Assembly (NCBI GenBank): GCA_964589445.1
Contig: CAZPQX010000003.1
Location: 42,133 to 106,132 of the forward strand
Direction: 5' to 3'
Origin: an uncultured Candidatus Saccharibacteria bacterium
Lineage (GTDB): Bacteria > Patescibacteriota > Minisyncoccia > Phycocordibacterales > WO2-35-19
Length of the DNA: 64,000 nt
Positions 1 through 7,993 of this stretch are shown here, in pieces; position 1 is the first letter of the stretch, and every line of letters begins with the position of its first letter. Both the position numbers and the translations under genes were made by a program. Under the pieces are notes generated by a model. It made no database searches and was not told the origin of the DNA. It was given only the letters and a program-made list of their open reading frames with translations.

Positions 1-2
1 CT

Positions 3-176
3 GGAGTCTCACCTGACGGCAGGCTGATGGAAATAGCCGAGCTCCCAAAGAAAACACACCCATTTTTCTTCGGTACTCAATTCCACCCAGAGTTCCTATC
101 AAGGCCGCTCAAGCCCCACCCTATATTTTCTGAGTTCATCAAGGCGGCAGTAGAGAGGGGTAAGGCCAATTCCTAG
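3..176 (+). CDS. pyrG: CTP synthase, C-terminal end (partial)
   Basis: Manual translation [49 protein letters not shown]...* contains the glutamine amidotransferase QFHPEF motif typical of PyrG. Confidence 0.95.
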   Translation, partial: GVSPDGRLMEIAELPKKTHPFFFGTQFHPEFLSRPLKPHPIFSEFIKAAVERGKANS

Positions 177-211
177 TTTGCCTTTTTATATAAAAATGTT
201 ACTCTAATAAT

Positions 212-303
212 AGAAGGTCCCAAAGAGGGCAGACTAACCTCCGGTAAGAGAGAGACCCCCGGTGCACACGCATACCTCCAATTTTCGCACCGGGGGCTTT
301 TTT
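212..303 (+). ncRNA. Candidate small RNA 1
   Basis: TTGCCT(178)-16-TACTCT(200) promoter, no credible ORF, 10-bp stem 256-265/287-296 followed by a T tract. Confidence 0.4.
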
Positions 304-327
304 ATTTCTAAATTTGTGGTATCTTGT

Positions 328-444
328 TTTTGCCGAACTCATCCTCTTTCGGCAAAACCCTTCTCCCTGAGGTTTTCGTAGAACCTTACAGCGTTTGAAG
401 GTAGGGGCAGGCGTCTTCCTCCGAGACACCTAGCCCCTCTTTTT
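328..444 (+). ncRNA. Candidate small RNA 2 (three stem-loops)
   Basis: Stems 328-337/348-357, 359-401 and 403-438, followed by a T tract; possible -10 at 320-325. Confidence 0.4.
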
Positions 445-482
445 ATTTTCCTTATTTTCTGTTATTTTAAGGAGGTTAACAT

Positions 483-627
483 TGGCCCGCCCGCCATCGC
501 TACGCCCGCCTGCTATGTGTTGCTAAGCATTGCGGGCAGGCTCAGGCGTTAGCGGGCGGGGAGATCGTCTAATGGCCCGCCCGCAACGCCTTGCTTGCAT
601 GGCGGACGGGTAGGACGACGGTTTCTG
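483..627 (+). pseudogene. 5' half of a tRNA-Gln(CTG) interrupted by palindromic inserts
   Basis: Joining 483-485, 561-575 and 611-627 gives TGGGAGATCGTCTAATGGTAGGACGACGGTTTCTG, 32/35 identical to 874-908. Confidence 0.85.
486..610. repeat. Three CCCGCCYGC...GCGGRCRGG palindromic elements (486-560, nested 505-540, 576-610)
   Basis: Terminal inverted repeats are directly visible; 576-610 resembles the reverse complement of the outer element. Confidence 0.8.
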
Positions 628-632
628 AAAAT

Positions 633-869
633 ATGAATTACACCTATGTATTAAAAAGTTTAAGGGATAATAAACTTTATATTGGGTGGACGAACGATTT
701 GAAAAGAAGGCTGGAAATGCACAATCTGGGTAAGGTTGACGCTACCAAAAATAGAATTCCGTTCGAAATTGTGTATTATGAAGCTTGCCTTGATAAGGAA
801 AAGGCAATTGAGAGGGAAAAGTATTTCAAGACTGGTTTTGGTAGAAAGTTTTTGAAAAGTAGGATTTAA
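633..869 (+). CDS. GIY-YIG nuclease family protein
   Basis: YTYVL...LYIGWTNDLKRRLEMHN...A.EREKYFK motifs; ATG at 633 preferred to the ORF-track start, which lies inside the palindrome. Confidence 0.9.
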   Translation: MNYTYVLKSLRDNKLYIGWTNDLKRRLEMHNLGKVDATKNRIPFEIVYYEACLDKEKAIEREKYFKTGFGRKFLKSRI

Positions 870-873
870 ATAT

Positions 874-944
874 TGCGGGATCGTCTAATGGTAGGACAAC
901 GGTTTCTGGAACCGTCTATCTAGGTTCGAGTCCTAGTCCCGCAG
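874..944 (+). tRNA. tRNA-Gln(CTG)
   Basis: Cloverleaf: acceptor TGCGGGA/TCCCGCA, anticodon arm ACGGT-TTCTGGA-ACCGT, T arm CTAGG-TTCGAGT-CCTAG; CCA not encoded. Confidence 0.95.
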
Positions 945-945
945 C

Positions 946-1006
946 CGCGATTTTTTAACGAGCGAAGCGACTGTAAAAAATCAGCGTCCTGAGCGAAGCG
1001 AAGGGC
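946..1006 (+). repeat. REP-like element ending GTCCTGAGCGAAGCGAAGGGC
   Basis: 986-1006 is 20/21 identical to 55406-55426; preceded by a hairpin with an AGCGAAGCGAC loop. Confidence 0.8.
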
Positions 1007-1020
1007 CAGATTTTTAATGT

Positions 1021-1064
1021 CTGAAAAAATTTTGAGTCGCGGGAGAGATTCCTGAGTCCCGCAG
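1021..1064 (+). repeat. Element end plus tRNA-Gln 3'-end copy (copy 1; partial copy at 1085-1107)
   Basis: AAAAAATTTTGAGTCGCGGGAGAGATTCCTGAGTCCCGCAG; the terminal AGTCCCGCAG equals the tRNA-Gln 3' end. Confidence 0.85.
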
Positions 1065-1150
1065 CACTGATCGCAACTTTGATTGAAAAATTTTGAGTCG
1101 GGGTCCCAGGCCTACAATCAAACTAGCTTGCAGCTTGAGACCCAATAAAC

Positions 1151-1909
1151 ATGAAAGAGCCAGAAATAATTCTAGATCCTAAAGAACTCGATATTTTAAA
1201 ATTGGTTCTTGAGGATATTAAAAAATCTTTGACCTGCGAATTTGCTATTGGTGGATCAATGGCACAAAGAGCTTTATTGCCAGAATTTGGGCAATCAAGT
1301 GAAGCAAACAAAAAGAGTGACATTGATATCGTGCTCTTGGCTGGGTCAAGAGAAAGGTGCCCAGTTTTGCATTCCATAAAAAATTATTTTTATGTTTTGA
1401 GCATTACAGAATCTTTTGATAGTTATTATTTCGGACTTGTACATAAAAAGACAAAAAAGTGGGTTGATTTATTTCCAGTCGCATATAGTCGTTCCTACTA
1501 TAATGTACGAGTAGAAGGAAAAGCTTATAAAGCAGAAACTATCTCAAGCCAAGTATTATATCTTGCTCACGATTTGCTGCGGAGAATAAAAGGCCATAAA
1601 GATGTGCGACAAAAATGGTTCAATAAAATAAAATTTCTATTCTCACAGATTAAAGATGTTACTGATTTTGAAAATGAATTTTCTTCTCATAAACAATATT
1701 TACTTGAAGATCTTCCCAGGGGGGTAAAAATACCTGAAAACGCCCATGAATTTATACAAACGGTTATTGAATGTGTCGCTCCTTTCGTTAAACTTTCTAC
1801 AAAGAGAAATTGGTTCCTCCTATTTAAAAATTATTATAAAGATTCTGTTGTTACCTCAAACGGCATCAAGGTAGATTCTAGGTTTGCTCTACTTCGAACC
1901 TTATTTTGA
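1151..1909 (+). CDS. Putative nucleotidyltransferase-fold protein
   Basis: IGGSMA...SDIDIV (GS...DxD) motif and downstream VDLF. Confidence 0.6.
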   Translation: MKEPEIILDPKELDILKLVLEDIKKSLTCEFAIGGSMAQRALLPEFGQSSEANKKSDIDIVLLAGSRERCPVLHSIKNYFYVLSITESFDSYYFGLVHKKTKKWVDLFPVAYSRSYYNVRVEGKAYKAETISSQVLYLAHDLLRRIKGHKDVRQKWFNKIKFLFSQIKDVTDFENEFSSHKQYLLEDLPRGVKIPENAHEFIQTVIECVAPFVKLSTKRNWFLLFKNYYKDSVVTSNGIKVDSRFALLRTLF

Positions 1910-1940
1910 GGATGTTTGAAACATGTCGGCAGGAGCTCTT

Positions 1941-1981
1941 AAAAAATTTTGAGTCGGGGGAGAGATTCCTGAGTCCCGCAG
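1941..1981 (+). repeat. Element end plus tRNA-Gln 3'-end copy (copy 2)
   Basis: Identical to 1024-1064 except for one base. Confidence 0.9.
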
Positions 1982-2035
1982 TACTTGATTTTTTAAGATT
2001 ATGAGAGCATAATTAGTAACAGGAAAGGGGGGTTC

Positions 2036-2302
2036 ATGTCGACTATCATGGGTCGCAAAAAAGAACCACTTAGTATTGAAAATATAAACGAGATTCTCAG
2101 AGGGTCCTATGGAGTCGAGGTTCGAGAGTGCCAAGGTGGCACCGCTCGAGTTTCGCACTTTTTGAATCCTGAAAGACAGTGGTGGGTTGATGTCAGTTCT
2201 CTTTTTAGAGAGGATGAAGTTCCTACCAAACAAGAAGTCTCAAAAAGATTAAACAAGCAGATTCCTGAGCGCAAGGCATATATCGGCGCGCGTTGCATCT
2301 AA
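2036..2302 (+). CDS. Hypothetical protein
   Basis: 88-aa ORF with TTGATT-17-CATAAT promoter (1985-2013) and purine-rich RBS. Confidence 0.6.
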   Translation: MSTIMGRKKEPLSIENINEILRGSYGVEVRECQGGTARVSHFLNPERQWWVDVSSLFREDEVPTKQEVSKRLNKQIPERKAYIGARCI

Positions 2303-2498
2303 ATTAGTTGCCATGTTCTTCTAAAATAGTTCGTCTGTATTAATGTAGTTAGTAACACACAAGAGGTCAAGCCTCCAGAAGCATCCATCCAGCAGGTTCG
2401 GGTGTTTTTATTTGTCTAAAATAGTTTCAACTTCATACCAGATAGCCAGCACTTGATTTTTTAAATAAATATTATAGATTATTTTGTAGGAGAACAGA

Positions 2499-2696
2499 TT
2501 GGAAAAGCCAAACAAAATGATTCGTGTGACTCTTGACCTCATCCAAGAGGACTACAACCTCTTGGAAGGTTTAGGCGGCATAAAAGCCGTGGCGCTTAGA
2601 AAGGGCATTCGGCTCTTGGACCAACTTCGTCGAGGGGAGGTTTTCCTTCATACACAGAATGGGGACAAGATTCCCACGGAAATTGTCCTCCCTTAA
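2499..2696 (+). CDS. Small ribbon-helix-helix-like protein
   Basis: IRVTLDL strand followed by two helices; AGGAG RBS, own promoter and terminator. Confidence 0.5.
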   Translation: MEKPNKMIRVTLDLIQEDYNLLEGLGGIKAVALRKGIRLLDQLRRGEVFLHTQNGDKIPTEIVLP

Positions 2697-2801
2697 TGTA
2701 CTCAACCGCTCACACAAACAGTCTTGCTGACTCGTTTCGGTGGGCTGTTTTTGTTTGTAAAAAATGATTAAAGTTGAATGTCAAAATGATATAATCCAAA
2801 T

Positions 2802-3437
2802 ATGAAAATAAACTTTATTTATAATCAAGACAAAGATATAGACTGTTTACTGAGTAAAGGCCCTGGCTCCACTAATCAACCAGGAAGTATGACAAAGCCT
2901 TACGAATCTCTACTCCTTTTTACTTCAGACATAAATAATAAAGAGAATGTCAGAGAATTTGTAAGAAAATATATTAGAGAAAATAATATAGATATAGAAA
3001 AAAATAAGAATGAAATAGAGAATAATTGGAATCTAATTTCTGGAGAGTTTAATAGAAGAGCTGAAGAAATATTTGGGATAATAATAGAAGATGAGGTAAA
3101 TGCATACCTGACAATTACAGGAAGGCACCCTTATAATGTAGGGAATAAATACTTTTATGTATCAGCCGAAAAGAAAAATGTAAATAAAAATATAATGCAT
3201 GAATTATGGCATTTTTATACTTGGTATAGGTTTGGAGATTTTAATAAAGTTGACCCTGTTAGATATAACGACGCGAAGGAGTCACTGACGGCAATACTAA
3301 ATATAGTATTTCGGGATCTTATGGACGGGGGATATGATAAAGGGTATTCGCAACATCAAAATCTAAGAAATATAGCGATTGATACTTGGGACAAAACCAA
3401 AGATATTGGTGTGGTCTGGAATGAGCTGATCGTATAA
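2802..3437 (+). CDS. HEXXH-motif hypothetical protein (possible zinc metallopeptidase)
   Basis: HELWH motif and downstream KESLT. Confidence 0.6.
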   Translation: MKINFIYNQDKDIDCLLSKGPGSTNQPGSMTKPYESLLLFTSDINNKENVREFVRKYIRENNIDIEKNKNEIENNWNLISGEFNRRAEEIFGIIIEDEVNAYLTITGRHPYNVGNKYFYVSAEKKNVNKNIMHELWHFYTWYRFGDFNKVDPVRYNDAKESLTAILNIVFRDLMDGGYDKGYSQHQNLRNIAIDTWDKTKDIGVVWNELIV

Positions 3438-3530
3438 ATTATTAACGTATTTCCCCAGATGGATAATTTGATGCGATATCTTTAATTTTGTGTACTTGCA
3501 TTTAAAACCTAAATATGTTATACTATATAA

Positions 3531-3657
3531 AGAATCATTCGCCACATTAACTTTTGGGGGTAAGGTGGCCCCAAGAGCTAGGCCCCAAAGGCCAAAGTCC
3601 CGAGTGAATTCTCCACCTGATTGGGCCGCCGGAAATTCCAGCGGCCCAATACTTTTT
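3531..3657 (+). ncRNA. Candidate structured small RNA
   Basis: TTGCAT(3496)-17-TATACT(3519) promoter, stem 3551-3577, terminator 3620-3650 plus T tract. Confidence 0.5.
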
Positions 3658-3672
3658 GGTACAATAGTACAC

Positions 3673-3960
3673 ATGAAGCGGACAAGTGAATCTACGAAAT
3701 ATTTTGTTTACATCCTCGAATGTGCAGACAAGTCTCTCTATGTCGGCTGTACCAATAATCTAGAAAAAAGAGTTCACGAGCACAACAATTTGAAATCGGG
3801 TGCACACTATACAAAAATCCGAAGGCCTGTGGTTTTAAAATATAATGAATCCTTCGCTACCTTGCTTGAGGCGAGAGGTAGGGAGGCCGAAATAAAGGGA
3901 TGGGTAAAAAGTAAAAAAGTAGCACTTATAGAAGGTAAAGAAAATCTCCGTAAATATTGA
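3673..3960 (+). CDS. GIY-YIG nuclease (YazA/UPF0213-like)
   Basis: YFVYILECAD..LYVGCTNNLEKRVHEHN..GAHYTK.RRPV; likely leaderless start at 3673. Confidence 0.9.
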   Translation: MKRTSESTKYFVYILECADKSLYVGCTNNLEKRVHEHNNLKSGAHYTKIRRPVVLKYNESFATLLEARGREAEIKGWVKSKKVALIEGKENLRKY

Positions 3961-4067
3961 AAAGTTTGATTTTTATTGTGAAATAATGTAAATTCACTAT
4001 GGAAATTGTTAGAGCTTAATTGCTCGTTTTGACAATACCACGACTACAAAGAAAGGTTGAAGCAAAA

Positions 4068-5225
4068 ATGGTTAGCAGTTCTAAGAAGGCGGAGCTAGAC
4101 ATGCGGCGTGAGGCTGTTCATGTCCTAGTGTCCTTGGGGCTGTCGTATCAAGACATTGCCACCGCTATAGCCGTAGATATCGGCTCGGTGGTGAACGATG
4201 TGAAGAAGATCGCTCCCGTTACGATGAGGTTTGAGGTTGAAGGGCTGACCGGCCCACAGCGTCGCGACAAGGCGTTTAATCACTCCTTGCGCGAGTGGCT
4301 TTTGGTTAGGACTGAGAGCTACTCCAAGAGGCTTGGTGTTGATCGGGATGTGATGGACTGTATTGAATCCGCACTCTCAGTTTGCCTCGACATGAGGCGA
4401 CTCAACGGCATCGCCGAAGGTGTCGTCGCATTCGTCAATACATTGCTTTACCCGGTTGATCCGCCAGAGTATCTGCCTTACCGGCATTTACTCAGGGCTA
4501 TCTTTGGAGAACCTACCAAGCTTAAGGAGAAGAAGCCCTATTCGGCTCTGTTGTGTCACTTTGGATATTTCATTCATGGCTCGGGTTTTGAGTTTACCCG
4601 CGATTCCATCGCAGAGCAGCTTGCTACGCTGGCCATGGAAGAGTTCCGGCAAAACTTTCGCGCCCCACTCGGCGAGAGTGTTAAAATCGCTTTTGAGGAA
4701 GCTCTCAAGACAATAGACAAAAGGGAGGCAGAGGTCCTCGATCTCCGCTTTGGTCTTTCGGGGAAGAGACTAACCCCCGGTGAACTTCGTGGTCGTTTCG
4801 CTGTGACTGATGAGAGGATCCGACAAATCGAGGCAAAGGGATTGCGCAAGCTTCGTCACCCCGAGCGTTCTCGTCGTCTCCGTCCTTTTATCGAGTCTCC
4901 CTTCAGTTTTACCCAAAGGACACTCGATGAGATGTTTGTCCGTCCGGCCCCTATTCCTATTGAGGTTTCGGATACGGCCAAGCTTCTTTCTCAGGAAATC
5001 GAGGAGCTTGAGCTATCAACCCGTTCCTACCATAGCCTTAAGGCTATGGGCGTTCATACTGTCGGCGACCTCGTGCAGAAAACGGAGAGAGAAATGTTGT
5101 CCACGGGGATTCGCTTTGGGTTTGGGCGCAAGTCTTTCAATGAAGTAAAGGAGATTTTGCGTTCCATGGGGCTCTCATTTGGCATGAAGCTTGAGGACGG
5201 TGTTTTGAAGCGACCGGCTGACTAA
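4068..5225 (+). CDS. HTH / sigma70 region 4 / RNA polymerase alpha-CTD fusion protein
   Basis: [17 protein letters not shown] (RpoD region 4.2) and [14 protein letters not shown]...[11 protein letters not shown]...FGRKS.NEVKEIL..MGL (RpoA CTD). Confidence 0.85.
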   Translation: MVSSSKKAELDMRREAVHVLVSLGLSYQDIATAIAVDIGSVVNDVKKIAPVTMRFEVEGLTGPQRRDKAFNHSLREWLLVRTESYSKRLGVDRDVMDCIESALSVCLDMRRLNGIAEGVVAFVNTLLYPVDPPEYLPYRHLLRAIFGEPTKLKEKKPYSALLCHFGYFIHGSGFEFTRDSIAEQLATLAMEEFRQNFRAPLGESVKIAFEEALKTIDKREAEVLDLRFGLSGKRLTPGELRGRFAVTDERIRQIEAKGLRKLRHPERSRRLRPFIESPFSFTQRTLDEMFVRPAPIPIEVSDTAKLLSQEIEELELSTRSYHSLKAMGVHTVGDLVQKTEREMLSTGIRFGFGRKSFNEVKEILRSMGLSFGMKLEDGVLKRPAD

Positions 5226-5355
5226 GTCTGATCGTGGTATCAATGCCTGTGCTTGTTCTTTGGAGCAGGCACGGGCTCTCATCAAAGTTTTTTCTAAAAG
5301 AGAAATTTTTGATGAGATTTTTTCTAAAAAAGATTGAAAAAGGAGGGGGCTGCCT

Positions 5356-5402
5356 GAAAATTTTTGAGTTGAGGAAAGGGGAGGGATTCTTGAGCCCTGC
5401 AG
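5356..5402 (+). repeat. Degenerate element end plus tRNA-Gln 3'-end copy (copy 3)
   Basis: GAAAATTTTTGAGTTGAGG...GGGAGGGATTCTTGAGCCCTGCAG aligns with copies 1 and 2. Confidence 0.65.
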
Positions 5403-5452
5403 TATTTGACATGCTAGTATATATTATGATATAATATAAGAAGAGGTTAATA

Positions 5453-5737
5453 ATGAAGAAGCTTTTCCTGCTCAAGAATTTGGGTCAGCCTACTCATGGC
5501 GAGACCCGTGCCATGCTCGTTTCCGCAGTCGACGAACTTGATGCACGAAACTGGGCCGGGTCGACGCCGCATGTCCCCAGCCACAACACGGGGGATCCCG
5601 AAGGGATCAATGGGTATGGGGACGAGGGTGCAAATGTGTGGAGAGATTCCACAAAATCATCTTGCACTGAAATCGCGATCTCATTCTCCACCAATTTGGG
5701 GTTCGGTGTAGTCCTAACGGACTACATCTACGCTTAA
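5453..5737 (+). CDS. Hypothetical protein
   Basis: 94-aa ORF with TTGACA-18-TATAAT promoter and GAGG RBS. Confidence 0.6.
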   Translation: MKKLFLLKNLGQPTHGETRAMLVSAVDELDARNWAGSTPHVPSHNTGDPEGINGYGDEGANVWRDSTKSSCTEIAISFSTNLGFGVVLTDYIYA

Positions 5738-5914
5738 CTTGCCGCAGTACGAATTTAAAGGCACGACGTAACCAACCGTCGGCCTTTTCTGTTTGTAAAA
5801 ACAAAAGAGGATATATTCAAAATTCGGTAGGATAGAAAACTACTTATTGATAAGTTAGGATTACTAAAATCAGTAAGGGTTGAATATTGAGTAATAAAGT
5901 TATATTTTGTCTGT

Positions 5915-7009
5915 ATGAACAAGTTGTTCCAATCAGAAAAATATTTAAACTATCTAAAAAGAAGGGCTAGAAAAGAGAGAAAAGCAAAGCTAAGATATGA
6001 GTTATATATAAAAGCTAAGAACATACTTAAGTATAAAAAGACTATACCAACGTTCAGGCATCTGCGGGATTGGCCAGTTAATATAGAGGCTCCTGAAATT
6101 TTTTCACTCATTAAAAATAGTGAGGAGACAATATCTTTTATAAATAAAATAGGAGAAAATTTTAGAAAAAGAAATAAGGTTTTTATTCTTCTAAATAAGG
6201 TTGAAGAAATAGATTATGATGCAATTGCTGTATTGCTTTCCGTCATGATTCTATTTAGGACGAGTCATATACCTTTTAATGGAGATAGGCCAGTTGCGGA
6301 GTTGGCAAAAAATAAACTTGATGATTCTGGTTTTTTTGATGAATTATACAAGAAAGACAGAAGAGGGATGTCTTATGTTATAGGAAAAGACAAACAAATA
6401 TTTTCAAGTTCTGAGAAAAAGGTTGAACCATCTTTGGGTTTACCTGTTATGAAATATGCTTCCGAATTTATATGGGAAGAAAAAAGGATTTGTAAGGGTT
6501 TGCAAAGAGTATTGCTTGAGTTGATGCATAATACTCATAATCATGCCGGAGGTTATTTGAGTAGGGGTATGGAAAGGTGGTGTTTTTTTATAAATCACAA
6601 CAAAGATAAAAAAGTTGTTGAATTTGTTTTTGTTGACTATGGAGTGGGAATATTCAATAGTTTGAATAAAAAAGAAAAAGGAAATAAATGGTATGATTGG
6701 CAAAATAAACTAAAGAGTGTTTCTGGGTTACCTATAAAAATGACAAATGAAGAAATTTTAAAAAAACTATTAAATGGAGAAATGCATGTGACTGTTACGG
6801 GAGAAGATTTTAGAGGGAAGGGTTTGCCAGGAATTAAGCAAGTTTTAGATAGAAATCAAATAAGTAACCTCTGTATTATAAGCAATAACACCTATGCAGA
6901 AGTGTCAAACAATAAGTACAAATTATTAAGACAAGATTTTAGTGGAACTTTTATTTATTGGGAACTGTGCTATTCTAATAAAAATCATCCGTGGACAATA
7001 AAATTATAA
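5915..7009 (+). CDS. Histidine-kinase-like (GHKL) ATPase, anti-sigma-like
   Basis: ELMHNTHNHA (N box), FVDYGVGI (G1), RGKGL (G2). Confidence 0.75.
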   Translation: MNKLFQSEKYLNYLKRRARKERKAKLRYELYIKAKNILKYKKTIPTFRHLRDWPVNIEAPEIFSLIKNSEETISFINKIGENFRKRNKVFILLNKVEEIDYDAIAVLLSVMILFRTSHIPFNGDRPVAELAKNKLDDSGFFDELYKKDRRGMSYVIGKDKQIFSSSEKKVEPSLGLPVMKYASEFIWEEKRICKGLQRVLLELMHNTHNHAGGYLSRGMERWCFFINHNKDKKVVEFVFVDYGVGIFNSLNKKEKGNKWYDWQNKLKSVSGLPIKMTNEEILKKLLNGEMHVTVTGEDFRGKGLPGIKQVLDRNQISNLCIISNNTYAEVSNNKYKLLRQDFSGTFIYWELCYSNKNHPWTIKL

Positions 7010-7332
7010 AAATATCAATAGCTAAAGATTTTTCGGTGACACCAGGAGCTCGCTACAAGAAAGAGGGTGATTTTTCAGGTGAAGAATTTAGGGATAAAAT
7101 CCTAGAACCTGCTTTTTTGAGGGCAAAAAAAGAAGGTTGTAAGTTGGTTGTAGATTTAGATGGAACAATTGGGTACGGGACAAGCTTCTTAGAGGAAGTT
7201 TTTGGTGGTCTCGCAAGAACGCAGGGCCCAAATGAAGTCTTTTCCGTATTAGAAGTTTTATCTACAGAAGAAGAATATTTAAAAGAGGACGTTCTTGGGT
7301 ATATAAAAGATGTTAAAGTGGACAAATCTTAA
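6991..7332 (+). CDS. STAS-like domain protein (DUF4325-like)
   Basis: SGEEFR...VVDLDGT.GYGTSFLEEVFGGL signature. Confidence 0.8.
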   Translation: MDNKIIKISIAKDFSVTPGARYKKEGDFSGEEFRDKILEPAFLRAKKEGCKLVVDLDGTIGYGTSFLEEVFGGLARTQGPNEVFSVLEVLSTEEEYLKEDVLGYIKDVKVDKS

Positions 7333-7915
7333 TATTTTATTATTCATAATAGTTTTCTTACTAGGTAGTTTACTAGGCTTTTCTTTATATGGATATTTAA
7401 GTAGTTATGGATTCCAGATAAATAAAGAGATAGATTTAATGAATTTATTGTCTTTGTCTGTTAATAGTATAATTGCTATTTTTGTTGTTAGGGCAATTAG
7501 AAAAAAGGATGATGGTGATCGTAGAAAAAAAGAGATTATAATAAAATATTTTGAAAATTTTGACTCAGAATTTTTTAACATCTCTAGGGAGATGGCAAAA
7601 AATGGAGTAGAACTTAAGTGGGTTACTGGTGTTTTAAAAAGATACAGAAATAGAGCATATAAGTTAATAAAACTTGCAGATAAACATCATTTTATAACTG
7701 AAAATTGTATTGAAGCTAGTGTATTATTAGAAAATATAAAAAAGATTCAAGATTTACTAACCGACACTCCGCGAGAAGGAGAAATAGAAAATGGAGTAAG
7801 GGCTACAAACGGCAAACTTAGTTTTTCAGCAAAACAGATAGACGATATATCATCCACAACCTTCGATGTAACATCTAATGTATTCGAAATTATAGTGATA
7901 ATAAATAATCGCTAG
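7310..7915 (+). CDS. Membrane protein with two N-terminal TM segments
   Basis: Hydrophobic N-terminus; overlaps the preceding gene; equally AT-rich. Confidence 0.7.
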   Translation: MLKWTNLNILLFIIVFLLGSLLGFSLYGYLSSYGFQINKEIDLMNLLSLSVNSIIAIFVVRAIRKKDDGDRRKKEIIIKYFENFDSEFFNISREMAKNGVELKWVTGVLKRYRNRAYKLIKLADKHHFITENCIEASVLLENIKKIQDLLTDTPREGEIENGVRATNGKLSFSAKQIDDISSTTFDVTSNVFEIIVIINNR

Positions 7916-7993
7916 AGAGTTAAGATTTTAGTTACGGCATTTTTATAACTTTAACCAAAGAACCCAGCACATTTTCAATGCTATAATTACCCT

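Noticed and set aside
199-429. 76-aa minus-strand ORF
   Set aside because: No recognisable motif; the region is better explained by + strand promoter, hairpins and terminators
483-944. Group I intron with homing endonuclease in tRNA-Gln
   Set aside because: There is no room for a ribozyme core (ATG 5 nt after the anticodon), and the downstream sequence is a complete tRNA, not a 3' exon
1985-2460. TTGAT as an IS200/IS605 target site
   Set aside because: Spacing to -10 hexamers fits -35 promoter boxes, and there is no tnpA/tnpB in the window
3490-3672. N-terminal extension of the GIY-YIG ORF (likewise track starts at 591, 4020, 11386, 12012, 17017, 21757 and 30617)
   Set aside because: Extensions run through promoters, hairpins, intergenic DNA or upstream genes; downstream ATGs fit better
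1021-5402. CRISPR array or integron attC array
   Set aside because: Repeats are few, irregularly spaced and separated by whole genes; no cas or intI genes and no clear RYYYAAC...GTTRRRY attC cores
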